Notes under the pieces: model-generated
Databases searched by the model: none
Told to the model about the DNA's origin: nothing
The model's input: the letters and a program-made list of their open reading frames with translations, nothing else
Shown: positions 43,693-52,762 of the stretch, piece after piece
Layout of the letters: the number at the start of each line of letters is the position of its first letter
How positions within the stretch are numbered: the stretch's first letter is position 1
Assembly: GCA_963786955.1 (NCBI GenBank)
Contig: CAWBAT010000009.1
Span: 96,001 to 160,000 of the forward strand
Source of the DNA: an uncultured Acidimicrobiia bacterium
Lineage (GTDB): Bacteria; Acidobacteriota; Terriglobia; Versatilivoradales; Versatilivoraceae
Length of the DNA: 64,000 bases
Reading direction: 5' to 3'
Position numbers and translations under genes: made by a program

Positions 43693-44127
43693 GACTTCAT
43701 CCTCGGAGAATGATTCAAAACGAAGTCATTTACGAACCAATCTGCCGGATAGAAATGATTTGTTGAATGTTCCCGAAATCAAGACCTATGCATACTCCAA
43801 CCTGTTGAAAAATTGCACATGAGCTTCCAAAGCTACGGCTGGGCTCCATAATTTTATCTTCTTATTATTCAACTGTTTAAGTCATTAGACGCCGAGAGAC
43901 AAAGAAAACAACTGCGTCATTTCACGCTCTAGTGAGTGGTATCGAGCACCTTGCATGAATGAAACTCGAACGATACCTCTCCTGGTATTGAGTGGGCCAC
44001 TCCTTTGGGATCGAGCTCTGCGAGACCGGAATCCCCGACAGGCCAAGAGGCCTGTCGCTACCAATCGGCGTCGCTAAGCTCCGCCCTCCAACCAAATTCT
44101 GAGGTTGAGGGATGAAAACTGGAATTT

Positions 44128-45432
44128 CTACGGCTTTACTAATGACCCATCGATTTGTCGGACATTCATCCAGCCGGGCTCTGTTGGTGGATACGGTATT
44201 GGATACTTTTTGGCCATTTCTTCGTCAAGATCGATCCCAAGCCCTGGCTTATCGTTACCGTAGAGATAACCTCCTTTGATCTCTGCCGTGCCCGGCATCA
44301 TTTCATAGACCAATGGGGGAAAATGGTTTTCCTCCTGGATGCCAAAACTGGGAATGTTCATATCGATATGATAGGCGGCTAACTGGTTTACGGGGTCATT
44401 GTCTCCCCCTTCCTGCCAGGCTGTGCGAACTCCAAATGCTTCGCAAAGAGTCGCCACTTTTTTGGTAGGTGTGATTCCACCGATGGCTGAGACCCGGCAC
44501 CGAATGAAATCAATCAATCGTTCAGAGATGAGGGTGGTCCATTCCATTGGATGCGTAAATAACTCACCCATCGCCATTGGGGTGGTAGTCACTTTGCGAA
44601 TCAGTCGGAACCATTCGATCTGTTCCGGAGGCAGAATGTCTTCCACAAAAAACAATCGATAGGGCTCCATTTGTTTCGCAAACTCTCTGGCCACGGTCGG
44701 AGTCAGATGTTCATGAACATCGTGGAGCAATTTGACATCCCACCCCAGTTGAGTCCGAAGATGCGCGAACAATTTGGGGATTGTCTCCAGGTAAATGTCC
44801 TCGTCAAAGCCGGGTCCGGCGTAACCACCGGCGACACGACTGCCCATCCCTTCGGGCACAAATCCACCGCCGCCATAGCCCCCCATCTGGGCGCGAACAT
44901 GGCGATAGCCTTCCGCCATATACTTTCGAACATTGTCCTCCACTTCTTTGGGATCGCGACCGTCTGCATGCGCGTAGCACGGAACGGCATCACGCACTTT
45001 TCCTCCAAGGAGTTCGTACACAGGCATCCCGGCTCTCTTGCCTTTGATATCCCACAAAGCCATATCGAGCCCGCTCAAGACATTGTTCGTCACGGCGCTG
45101 TTCCGCCAAATCGAATGGACGTTCGTTTCCTGCCACAGTTCTTCAATGCTATCCACCCTTTTTCCAATCCAAAAAGGCGCCATATGCTTTCGAATGGATT
45201 CGACCACGGCAAAGGCCTGGTAGGCATGGCTCGCGGAACCGATGCCATAAAGCCCCGGCTCGCTGGTAATGATTTTGACGAAGATCCAGGGATAAAGTTT
45301 TCCAGGGCTAGTTGTCACGACTCGCACTTCTTTGATGAGCAAGGGAGGTAAACCGCGTGTCCGCTCAGCATAAAGTTCAGCCGCCGCCAGCGGCATAGCC
45401 AGTAGTCCTTTCAAAAGCTCTCGTCGCTGCAT
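44128..45432 (-). CDS. Enolase-superfamily acid-sugar dehydratase (ManD/RspA-like) with Tat signal
   Basis: MQRRELLK after GGAGG; DMALWDIKGK, LLHDVHE, FFVED, GELF, IQE. Confidence 0.88.
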   Translation of the reverse strand: MQRRELLKGLLAMPLAAAELYAERTRGLPPLLIKEVRVVTTSPGKLYPWIFVKIITSEPGLYGIGSASHAYQAFAVVESIRKHMAPFWIGKRVDSIEELWQETNVHSIWRNSAVTNNVLSGLDMALWDIKGKRAGMPVYELLGGKVRDAVPCYAHADGRDPKEVEDNVRKYMAEGYRHVRAQMGGYGGGGFVPEGMGSRVAGGYAGPGFDEDIYLETIPKLFAHLRTQLGWDVKLLHDVHEHLTPTVAREFAKQMEPYRLFFVEDILPPEQIEWFRLIRKVTTTPMAMGELFTHPMEWTTLISERLIDFIRCRVSAIGGITPTKKVATLCEAFGVRTAWQEGGDNDPVNQLAAYHIDMNIPSFGIQEENHFPPLVYEMMPGTAEIKGGYLYGNDKPGLGIDLDEEMAKKYPIPYPPTEPGWMNVRQIDGSLVKP

Positions 45433-45595
45433 GGAACCTCCTTTGCTTGTTGGTGCGACTGAAAAATTCAATAGCCAGTAAACTATCGCCCAGCAGCTGT
45501 ATCGCGGACCCTGTTTCTTGGTGTCCACGGCTTATCTTAGGGTAGAATCGCCGTGGGTTCTCCAAGTGATTCTGATGGACAACTCTGGGTATTGA

Positions 45596-48500
45596 CTACA
45601 CTGCTAACTTAATCGTGACGATCTCCCAGGCCGCCACCTTCAACTCCAGCGAGCCATCTGACTTTACTGGCAAGGCTTCGGGCTCTTCCTCGATCAAATT
45701 GGTTTTCCAAGCCTTCTTGATTGCCTTGAACAGCACTACTTTCGCGAGCGACTGGCGTCCTTCGGCTTCATAGAAACGAATCACCACATCCTGCTCCTCC
45801 TCACTTTTCTTCATGGCGGTCAAAATGAGATTGGATGGTGACAGCTTGAGAAATTCAGCCGTATGAGGAAGAGATCCACCTGCTGAACCGCTTCCCGCAG
45901 CCCCTAAAAATGCTATGAGAGGATAATTGAATTCAATTCCTTCACGATAACGCAGACGCCAGTTACCTCTGTGCGGCAGCAAGGCCATCTGATAGCGATG
46001 ATTCCCCTCTACCTTAAACCAGTATTCGGGATTCCAGGCAATGCTCTTTCGAGTGGACAACAACACATGCTGCAACACGGGGTACTGCACGGGGTTCGCC
46101 GTTTCATCTCGAAACAGATGAACCGTGCAGTCGGAGGGCAGCAAACAGCCGAATCCCTGGTAACTGGACGAGGAAGCATCAATCCAGTTGATCGCCTCCC
46201 GAAAGGGGAGCGGTTTGTCTCCTCCGTAGACGTCCTTCCTCCATTGCGTATCGGGGCTGAGGGGGAGTAATGAGAAGTCTGCTTCATCTTTCCCCATTTC
46301 GACAACACCAAAAGGAGCTTCGTAAGAGAAACGGTTCATTTCGGAAGCCATTGGGAAGGCAATTCTCAGTTCCCGTTCCTTTTGTCCGTCCCAATTCAAT
46401 ACCTCAATCCCAATGTCCACCCGGTTAAGACGGGAGTAAAGATCGAAAGACTGGCGCAACTGAAAATGCTTGAACTGCGACACACCGACAGCCCTAGTCC
46501 GCACTGGGCCTCGTAAGAGGGTCCACTGGCTGACAGGATGATTACTGGTCTTGTCGAAATCTTCCATCGTCACGTTCTCGACGTCATCCCAAGCCAAACC
46601 CGGGGCTGTGAATTGCAGAATCTCCCCACCAAAAAATTTTTCTGTGCGCAAAATCTCCTGTTTGAGTGTCTTATCGTAAAGGCTCTTCAATCCTCCGGCC
46701 CCGAGGACCAATCGCAGGAATTCGTTTTCCAGAATGTTCCCCGAACGCTGTTCTTCGGGCGGCAAAGGTGCCAAGGAAGACTCGAGGTAAAAAGTCCGGT
46801 ATCCTACCGAAGGCACTGCATCGGCGACAAAGAGGACATCTGCCGACTTGGTGTCGGTGCTTTGGGTTAGTTGAAAAGGAACTTCACGCCCGCCCTCATC
46901 ACGGAGAAGGAAAGATGGCCACCCAGAGGGCTTTTCGAAGCGCATGCGGACAACATCTGTCCGCGTCCATGACACCGGATTAAACACGACCAGCGGCCAT
47001 TGTTTGCTGGTGTTTTCCTGTCTGGAAACACTCCGTACAACCTTTGAACCGGCCTCTGCCAGGACCTTGTCAGCCAGTTGCCTGGACTTCTGGTAGGACT
47101 CTGCATAGACGGCATCAGTCAGAATGCCCCGATTCCCGCCCCATCCATGGTCAGGCCAACAATTGGCCTGCCAGACTTCAGCGAGGGCTTCCTGGGGATA
47201 CGAATCCCATCCTTCTGCTAGACCGAGGCCTGACAACAACCGCTCCGCTGTTAATACGCGGTTGTGCCCCTGCCGGCCTGCCAGAAGTGCCTCTCGATTT
47301 GCCGGCTCGTCATAATAAACCCAATTCAGCGGCCATTCGCCCTTGACCGTTTCAATGTTGAGGTCCTGTGTGGAGACTTCGTCTAGAATCTCCGTGGGTT
47401 CGACAAATCTGAGCTTTGGGGGATTGATTTGCTGTTGAGGTTTTCCGGCATAGTATGAATTCCACAGGGCCGCAAAATTATTCATCGATTCGTTTTGCTT
47501 ATGAACGTAGGGAATCAAATCGGTCGGCGGAGGGAGATAGTCGCCATTGAAGTCATAGATAAAGATGGGAGGCAAGCGGCGTGGTGCGTAATAGTCTTCT
47601 CTCAAAGCCGCCAGGCCAAGCCAGCCTTTGTTTTTCTTGGGATTCAGCAATTTCTTGGGGTCGGCGTAACGAAATGCAAAAACAAAAACTTGGGTACCAT
47701 CCAGGCCCTCCCAGTTATAGAACCCCCAGGGGAAACGTCCCTGAATCACGTATTTGACGCCAGCTTTCCGAAGAATCTGGGGCATCTGGATCGTCATGGA
47801 TGGAGGATCGGTTTTGAAATAATAAATAGAGTCCGCCCCCGGAAAGTTTTTCTTCAGCCAGCGCCGGCCGAGATAGAATTGGCGAACGAGTTTCTCAGGG
47901 CCCACGTGGACTTCCTGGCACTGCACATAACTTGCCCCCCAGGTGAATCGCCTTTCTCTCATCAGTTGGGCCATTTCTTCCTTTTTTTCTGGATGACGTT
48001 CCAGAAATTCCCTCAAATAGACAACCGATTCCATTGAGTAGCGAAAATCCGGATATTCCTGTAGGAGCGCCATAGCAGGAAGAATGAGTTCCGCAGAGCG
48101 GTAATCCGCAGTGATTGCCTGCGTATCCAGCCACCCCAGGTCATTATGGTTGGTACAAAGGAAATTGAAGGTGCCCTTCTCAAAATAGGACCGGTATGCA
48201 GCCACTTTCAATCGTCGTGTCTTTTGGACAGCCTGGCTGATAAATCTGAATTCCAAGGTTTCATCTTCAAAGAGTGCCGGGATCCACATATCATGATTCG
48301 TTACGGATTGTGCAGGAATGTTGTTGAGAGCGATAGTAGCCAACACCTGACCCTGCCGGAACACTTGCAGCCGACCGTCAGGGATGTCTCCTCCTGGGTT
48401 GACAAATTCTAAGGTAGCGCTTTGAACGGGCTTCCCGTCGTGGACCTCATACATCTCGAAAACAGTGAGGTCAAAGTCAGAAACGTGGGCATACGGGAAA

Positions 48501-49078
48501 ATCCTGATCTTCCCCAGGCCCGTGCCGCGCTTGCCCGATTCCTGCCAGACGTTCTGAATCCGGATCCGAACCGATTTCGCTTTTTCTTCCTGCGGGAGCA
48601 GGATGATATGGAAGTAAGAAGCCTGGTGAAGTTCTGCGTCACCTTGAGCCCCGCCGGAAAGTGAATAGGTAATCCGATGAGGCGTTGCCATGAGGCCCCC
48701 TCGCATATAAGGATCGAGCACAATGTCATAAGGGAGTGGGCGGGGCAGCAGCCAGATTTCGCGCACCGGACGGGGTTCGTCAAAACTAACCTCGAGCCAC
48801 GCTCCATCTGACTCTGTGTCAGTCTCCCAACTTGTCTGAAGAATATCTCCGAAGACATTGCTGGGTTCAAATCCCCAGGGCGGGTTCCCCACAAAGGACG
48901 AGGTCTTTACCGAAGCGCCTAGTTTAGGATCGGCCCAATTTAAGTCTTCTACTAGGGTCGCCTTCTCGCCTTCAGCAGCCAGAAGTCTGCTTCCCGTTTG
49001 CCAGTTATTGAGGCTCTTCCCCACTGTCCATGAAATCGCGGCGGCTCCGCCGGTTTCCAAAAACTTTCTGCGATCCAT
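45596..49078 (-). CDS. Glycoside hydrolase family 38-like protein with Tat signal
   Basis: MDRRKFL after GAGGAGG; HNDLGW, LVRQF, PDHG, VFNP...R, ENEFL, TAMKKSEE...RFYE, EIVT. Confidence 0.82.
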   Translation of the reverse strand: MDRRKFLETGGAAAISWTVGKSLNNWQTGSRLLAAEGEKATLVEDLNWADPKLGASVKTSSFVGNPPWGFEPSNVFGDILQTSWETDTESDGAWLEVSFDEPRPVREIWLLPRPLPYDIVLDPYMRGGLMATPHRITYSLSGGAQGDAELHQASYFHIILLPQEEKAKSVRIRIQNVWQESGKRGTGLGKIRIFPYAHVSDFDLTVFEMYEVHDGKPVQSATLEFVNPGGDIPDGRLQVFRQGQVLATIALNNIPAQSVTNHDMWIPALFEDETLEFRFISQAVQKTRRLKVAAYRSYFEKGTFNFLCTNHNDLGWLDTQAITADYRSAELILPAMALLQEYPDFRYSMESVVYLREFLERHPEKKEEMAQLMRERRFTWGASYVQCQEVHVGPEKLVRQFYLGRRWLKKNFPGADSIYYFKTDPPSMTIQMPQILRKAGVKYVIQGRFPWGFYNWEGLDGTQVFVFAFRYADPKKLLNPKKNKGWLGLAALREDYYAPRRLPPIFIYDFNGDYLPPPTDLIPYVHKQNESMNNFAALWNSYYAGKPQQQINPPKLRFVEPTEILDEVSTQDLNIETVKGEWPLNWVYYDEPANREALLAGRQGHNRVLTAERLLSGLGLAEGWDSYPQEALAEVWQANCWPDHGWGGNRGILTDAVYAESYQKSRQLADKVLAEAGSKVVRSVSRQENTSKQWPLVVFNPVSWTRTDVVRMRFEKPSGWPSFLLRDEGGREVPFQLTQSTDTKSADVLFVADAVPSVGYRTFYLESSLAPLPPEEQRSGNILENEFLRLVLGAGGLKSLYDKTLKQEILRTEKFFGGEILQFTAPGLAWDDVENVTMEDFDKTSNHPVSQWTLLRGPVRTRAVGVSQFKHFQLRQSFDLYSRLNRVDIGIEVLNWDGQKERELRIAFPMASEMNRFSYEAPFGVVEMGKDEADFSLLPLSPDTQWRKDVYGGDKPLPFREAINWIDASSSSYQGFGCLLPSDCTVHLFRDETANPVQYPVLQHVLLSTRKSIAWNPEYWFKVEGNHRYQMALLPHRGNWRLRYREGIEFNYPLIAFLGAAGSGSAGGSLPHTAEFLKLSPSNLILTAMKKSEEEQDVVIRFYEAEGRQSLAKVVLFKAIKKAWKTNLIEEEPEALPVKSDGSLELKVAAWEIVTIKLAV

Positions 49079-49544
49079 AAGTGCAGTCCCTCCTCGCATC
49101 AATCTCCACTCAAGAATACGAAGTACAGATGAAATCTCAAAGGAACTCCTCGTCACATCCTTTGAATTAATCGCCTGGTGAAGATAAACTTCCTGCCTGC
49201 CATGGTATCAACGAGGGCTTTAAGCCCATTACAGAAACAAATGATACGCCGTGGCCCGTTCTACCCAACGATGCATTGTGAGTCGCTTTGGCAGCATTTA
49301 GAGAACTGGCTCCATCCGAAAATGTGCGTGGAACTGCATTGTGAATCTGCGTCCTAAAGTGCAATCCGTGTTTTCCGAGTCAGATAAGCTGTAAGGTCTG
49401 ATTAAGACAAGGATAAAAAATGGAGAGGCCCAAACCAACCGACGTTCACCGGAAGTTAAAAGAGTGGATGAGGCCCTGGATTGATAAAGAGCCCAGACCA
49501 CTTCCGGATGGAAGTTTCTGAAGACGGCCACCCTGGGTACACCT

Positions 49545-50060
49545 TCATCGAAGGCCGATACGCGCGTCAATAAGTGTTTTCTGTTTTTTGCGAGCCGGCA
49601 AAAGGGAAAGTCTTCTAAGCAAGTCATTTTCTTTCTTGATGGCGGGAGAGCGCAATAAGGAAAGTAATAATAGCTCGAGCAATTCTTGAACTTTCTTGTC
49701 ACTGAACTGGATGAGGAAGTTGGAGAGCTGCATGAGCCGGATTTGCCTTGCCGAGTACCCCTCCACGTGAAACTTTTGTCCTTTGCGCCCTGTCCCGTAG
49801 ATAAGATCCGCCACACACCGTCCACTCAAGCTCACTGGACATTGTCCCTGAAAACGCTTCTGTTCATCATAGCCAAAAAAGTCAACCAGATTGACTTGGA
49901 GAGCCTCAGCGATCTTGTGGAGAGTAGTGAATGAGGGTTCAATGCGGTTATTCTCAATCCTGGACAAATAAGTAACAGCCAGCCCGCTTTTGCGGGATAT
50001 CTCTAGCTGTGTCAGATTCCTGGATTGTCGGATTTCACAAATTCGATTGCCTAAGCTCAT
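49545..50060 (-). CDS. XRE-family HTH transcriptional regulator with a two-Cys C-terminal region
   Basis: AGGAG RBS; MSLGNRICEIR...TQLEIS...YLSRIENNRIEPSFTTLHKIAEAL; then CPVSLSGRC. Confidence 0.9.
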   Translation of the reverse strand: MSLGNRICEIRQSRNLTQLEISRKSGLAVTYLSRIENNRIEPSFTTLHKIAEALQVNLVDFFGYDEQKRFQGQCPVSLSGRCVADLIYGTGRKGQKFHVEGYSARQIRLMQLSNFLIQFSDKKVQELLELLLLSLLRSPAIKKENDLLRRLSLLPARKKQKTLIDARIGLR

Positions 50061-50121
50061 GAAACTCTCCTGTAATACACGGGGGCATGGCACGGCATTC
50101 GATCGAATGCGTGTCCCCTAC

Positions 50122-51197
50122 TTAGATGAGGTGAATCGGAGAACGCTTGGCTGTAGAGCGCTTCAGGTGCAGTTGGTCAAAATAGGCTAGTGAGATGATC
50201 AGCAGGTGATGATGAAATAGGCTCTGTAGCGCGATCCAGCTGTTCTGCAATTGCTCTTTATCCGGAAGAACTTGGAGTAACGTGGCTATCAAACTCTTTT
50301 CATAAAGGTGCACGGCATGAAGTATCAGAGAAAAGGGAACCTCAGCGGTCGCTAAATTGCGGCCCGCATCCGTCACCATCTGGTCATATTTATCCAGGCG
50401 CCCATCCTCGAAGGCAAAGATCGGGGTGTTATCCCAAGAGCTTCAATCGGTTTGCGGATCGAGTCGGTATATCTTCCACCAAATTCCGACACTTGATCAA
50501 GCCAGCGCATTTGCATTTCTGCCAGATGGGGTCTAAGAGGCTGGAGAGCTAGAGCGATCGCCTCTTTCTCCCCAACTGAAAACCCGCTCATGATATTCTC
50601 GTGTGAAATTGGCAAATCAATGGCCCCAAAGTCCTGCTGGACCGGGCCGACCTCCAAGGTGTCGATTTTGGCTGACTCCCAGAGAATTTCAATATCCGGA
50701 ATTCTGCGCCGCGAAGAGCTCGCCTGCCCTTCTTTCAAGTAGGAGATCGGATCCTCCAGGTGGCGAATGATCGGCACGATGTCCACGGGTTGGCCGGCCA
50801 CTAAGTCTTTGACCAGTTGAACGCCCATGGAAGCCGCGAGGCGGCCTGTCAAAAAATCCTTCGCCTCATAGTGAATAATATAGATACTGCCGTCGGGATC
50901 AGCCTCTGACTTCCTCCTCGTCCATCCCCGATAAACACGTCGAGCGCGATCTGCCAAGTGCTCTAGTTCAAGCAGAACATGCTCAAGAACATGAGCAAAG
51001 TCTGTCCCTTTTCGCATTTCTTTGACGAACCCGCCGTCCTCACCAGCTATACACCGATGCGACATCAGACTCGGGATTAATTGAATCAGTCTCTCAATGA
51101 AGCTCGGGAGGTCCTTGGTGGTCAAAGAGGCAAGATTCCCGACGTCCACTTCCACTTCGTAAATGGAAATGCGGGAGTTGACGATTTGGAGCGTCAT
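50122..51197 (-). pseudogene. Cyanophycin synthetase N-domain-like peptidase fused to a globin-like domain, split by a -1 frameshift near 50435
   Basis: PSLMSHRC...GGFV...GTDFAHVLEHVLLEL...GWTR matches the CphA N-domain. Adding one base joins ORF 50373-51197 to the frame of 50122-50379, giving about 358 aa. Confidence 0.7.
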
Positions 51198-51210
51198 GAA
51201 TGTCTGAAGG

Positions 51211-51627
51211 TGACGTCTTCTTCCCTGTAAATGATTGATGCGCTTTCAAAAGACTCGAAAGCGGTTATGTTGAATCCCTACAATCTAGAAACCCGGGGAG
51301 TTGAAACCAATTGAGGGGGACTAGTTCAGCGCCTCGCAACAACTTCTTTCTCTAAAGGCTGCAGATTAAAGAGTATCCTTCCGAATCTTCTCAGCCAGAA
51401 CGGCGAGATAGTCCTTGACCAGCAAACGGGCATCCTCAATGTCAAATGGCTTGCCTTTCGCTCTCTCCAGAGTCTTGGTGATCATTGGATCAGACCACAG
51501 GTAGGGATTGTTCAAAAGGCCGATGAACGACTCCTTGGTGTGTTCAAACACCGGTTTGAAATACTCAGGGATTGTAACCATGATCTCTTCCTCCTGTTTC
51601 TAAACGCTGCCAGGGAAGAAGACGTCA
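51211..51627. repeat. Perfect 17-bp long-range inverted repeat
   Basis: TGACGTCTTCTTCCCTG at 51211-51227 and its exact reverse complement CAGGGAAGAAGACGTCA at 51611-51627. Confidence 0.92.
51366..51581 (-). CDS. Small hypothetical protein (71 aa)
   Basis: AGGAGG 8 nt before ATG, protein-like composition, lies between the inverted repeat arms. Confidence 0.75.
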   Translation of the reverse strand: MVTIPEYFKPVFEHTKESFIGLLNNPYLWSDPMITKTLERAKGKPFDIEDARLLVKDYLAVLAEKIRKDTL

Positions 51628-51849
51628 TTCAAATTCTTTAATAACAATTCCGATCCAACTTCATCTATCTGTCAAGGGGAATTGCACTCTTTTTAAATAT
51701 TAACATATGTGTAAAGACCTCATCTTAGGGCGCCCCCTCCCGCAATAGAGGGATTCAGGGGTTTACCCCCTTTTTTTTGCCTTGCTGGTGAAATACGTTT
51801 TAAGTATTGTGCTGTTATTCTGAAAAGATTCCTTGTGGAGAAATAGAAG

Positions 51850-52722
51850 ATGAAGACATCAGCAAAAACGTGGAACACAAATTGGCTCTTTTCTCACGAC
51901 TTCGCCTGGCGGCGCTGCATTGGCAACGCAAGCTTTATTGTGGGAGTCATTTCTCTGGCTATTCTCGTATCCCCGATAATGCCCCTGAACACTAACGCTG
52001 GGACAGGGAAGACAAAACTCAAGCTCGAGCCTGGATTTAAGTCGCTTTTCGACGGGAAAGATCTCAAGGGATGGCACAAGAATCCAACTAAAATCCATCA
52101 TGGGACCGGAGGGCTGTGGACCGTTGAAGATGGAGCGATTCTCGGCCAACAGGATCCTCCGGGCAGCGGAAACGGAGGGATACTGCTAACAAATAAAAAG
52201 TATGGAAACTTTGAAGTCATCTTTGAGGTCAACCCCACCTGGGGAATGGATTCTGGATTTTTCTTGCGCAGTACCGAGATGGGGCAGTGCTACCAAATTA
52301 TGGTGGATTACTACGCAAACGGAAACGTAGGAGAGATTTACCGTGAAAGACTGGACGGGATGACCAACCGCACCTTCATGCTCGAAGGAGTCTTTGCTGA
52401 TGAATTGAAAACCCTGATTGGAGTGAACGCGATCCCAGCTCCTAAGAACGACAAAGGTCAAGGGGGGCCACCCTTTATCAAGCTTGCAGACTGGCCTCAC
52501 ATTTGGAAAGTCAACGAATGGAACACGGTTCGCGCTCGGGTCGAAGGGAACCCGCCAAACATCGTCACCTATATCAACGGGACACTCATCACCAAATACA
52601 CCAGCGAAAAGATGTTCGAAGGGATCCTGGAAGACCGCGGCTACCTGGCATTACAAGTTCATGGAGGAGATCCAGGCAAAAAACAGGTTCGATATCGCAA
52701 TATTCGAATCAAGGAACTTTAG
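51850..52722 (+). CDS. DUF1080 family secreted protein
   Basis: SLFDGKDLKGW, DSGFFLR, YQI, NEWN, LQVHGG, YRNIRIKEL. Confidence 0.88.
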   Translation: MKTSAKTWNTNWLFSHDFAWRRCIGNASFIVGVISLAILVSPIMPLNTNAGTGKTKLKLEPGFKSLFDGKDLKGWHKNPTKIHHGTGGLWTVEDGAILGQQDPPGSGNGGILLTNKKYGNFEVIFEVNPTWGMDSGFFLRSTEMGQCYQIMVDYYANGNVGEIYRERLDGMTNRTFMLEGVFADELKTLIGVNAIPAPKNDKGQGGPPFIKLADWPHIWKVNEWNTVRARVEGNPPNIVTYINGTLITKYTSEKMFEGILEDRGYLALQVHGGDPGKKQVRYRNIRIKEL

Positions 52723-52762
52723 CCGGGAGTGCGAGCATCTTCCCCGCCATGGCACACAGGAA

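Noticed and set aside
43693-44127. Cobalamin riboswitch upstream of the corrinoid genes
   Set aside because: No recognisable B12-box consensus by eye; an Rfam scan would be needed to exclude a divergent one.
51198-51636. Retron a1/a2 arms
   Set aside because: No reverse transcriptase gene in the window, and the enclosed region holds a well-formed ORF.
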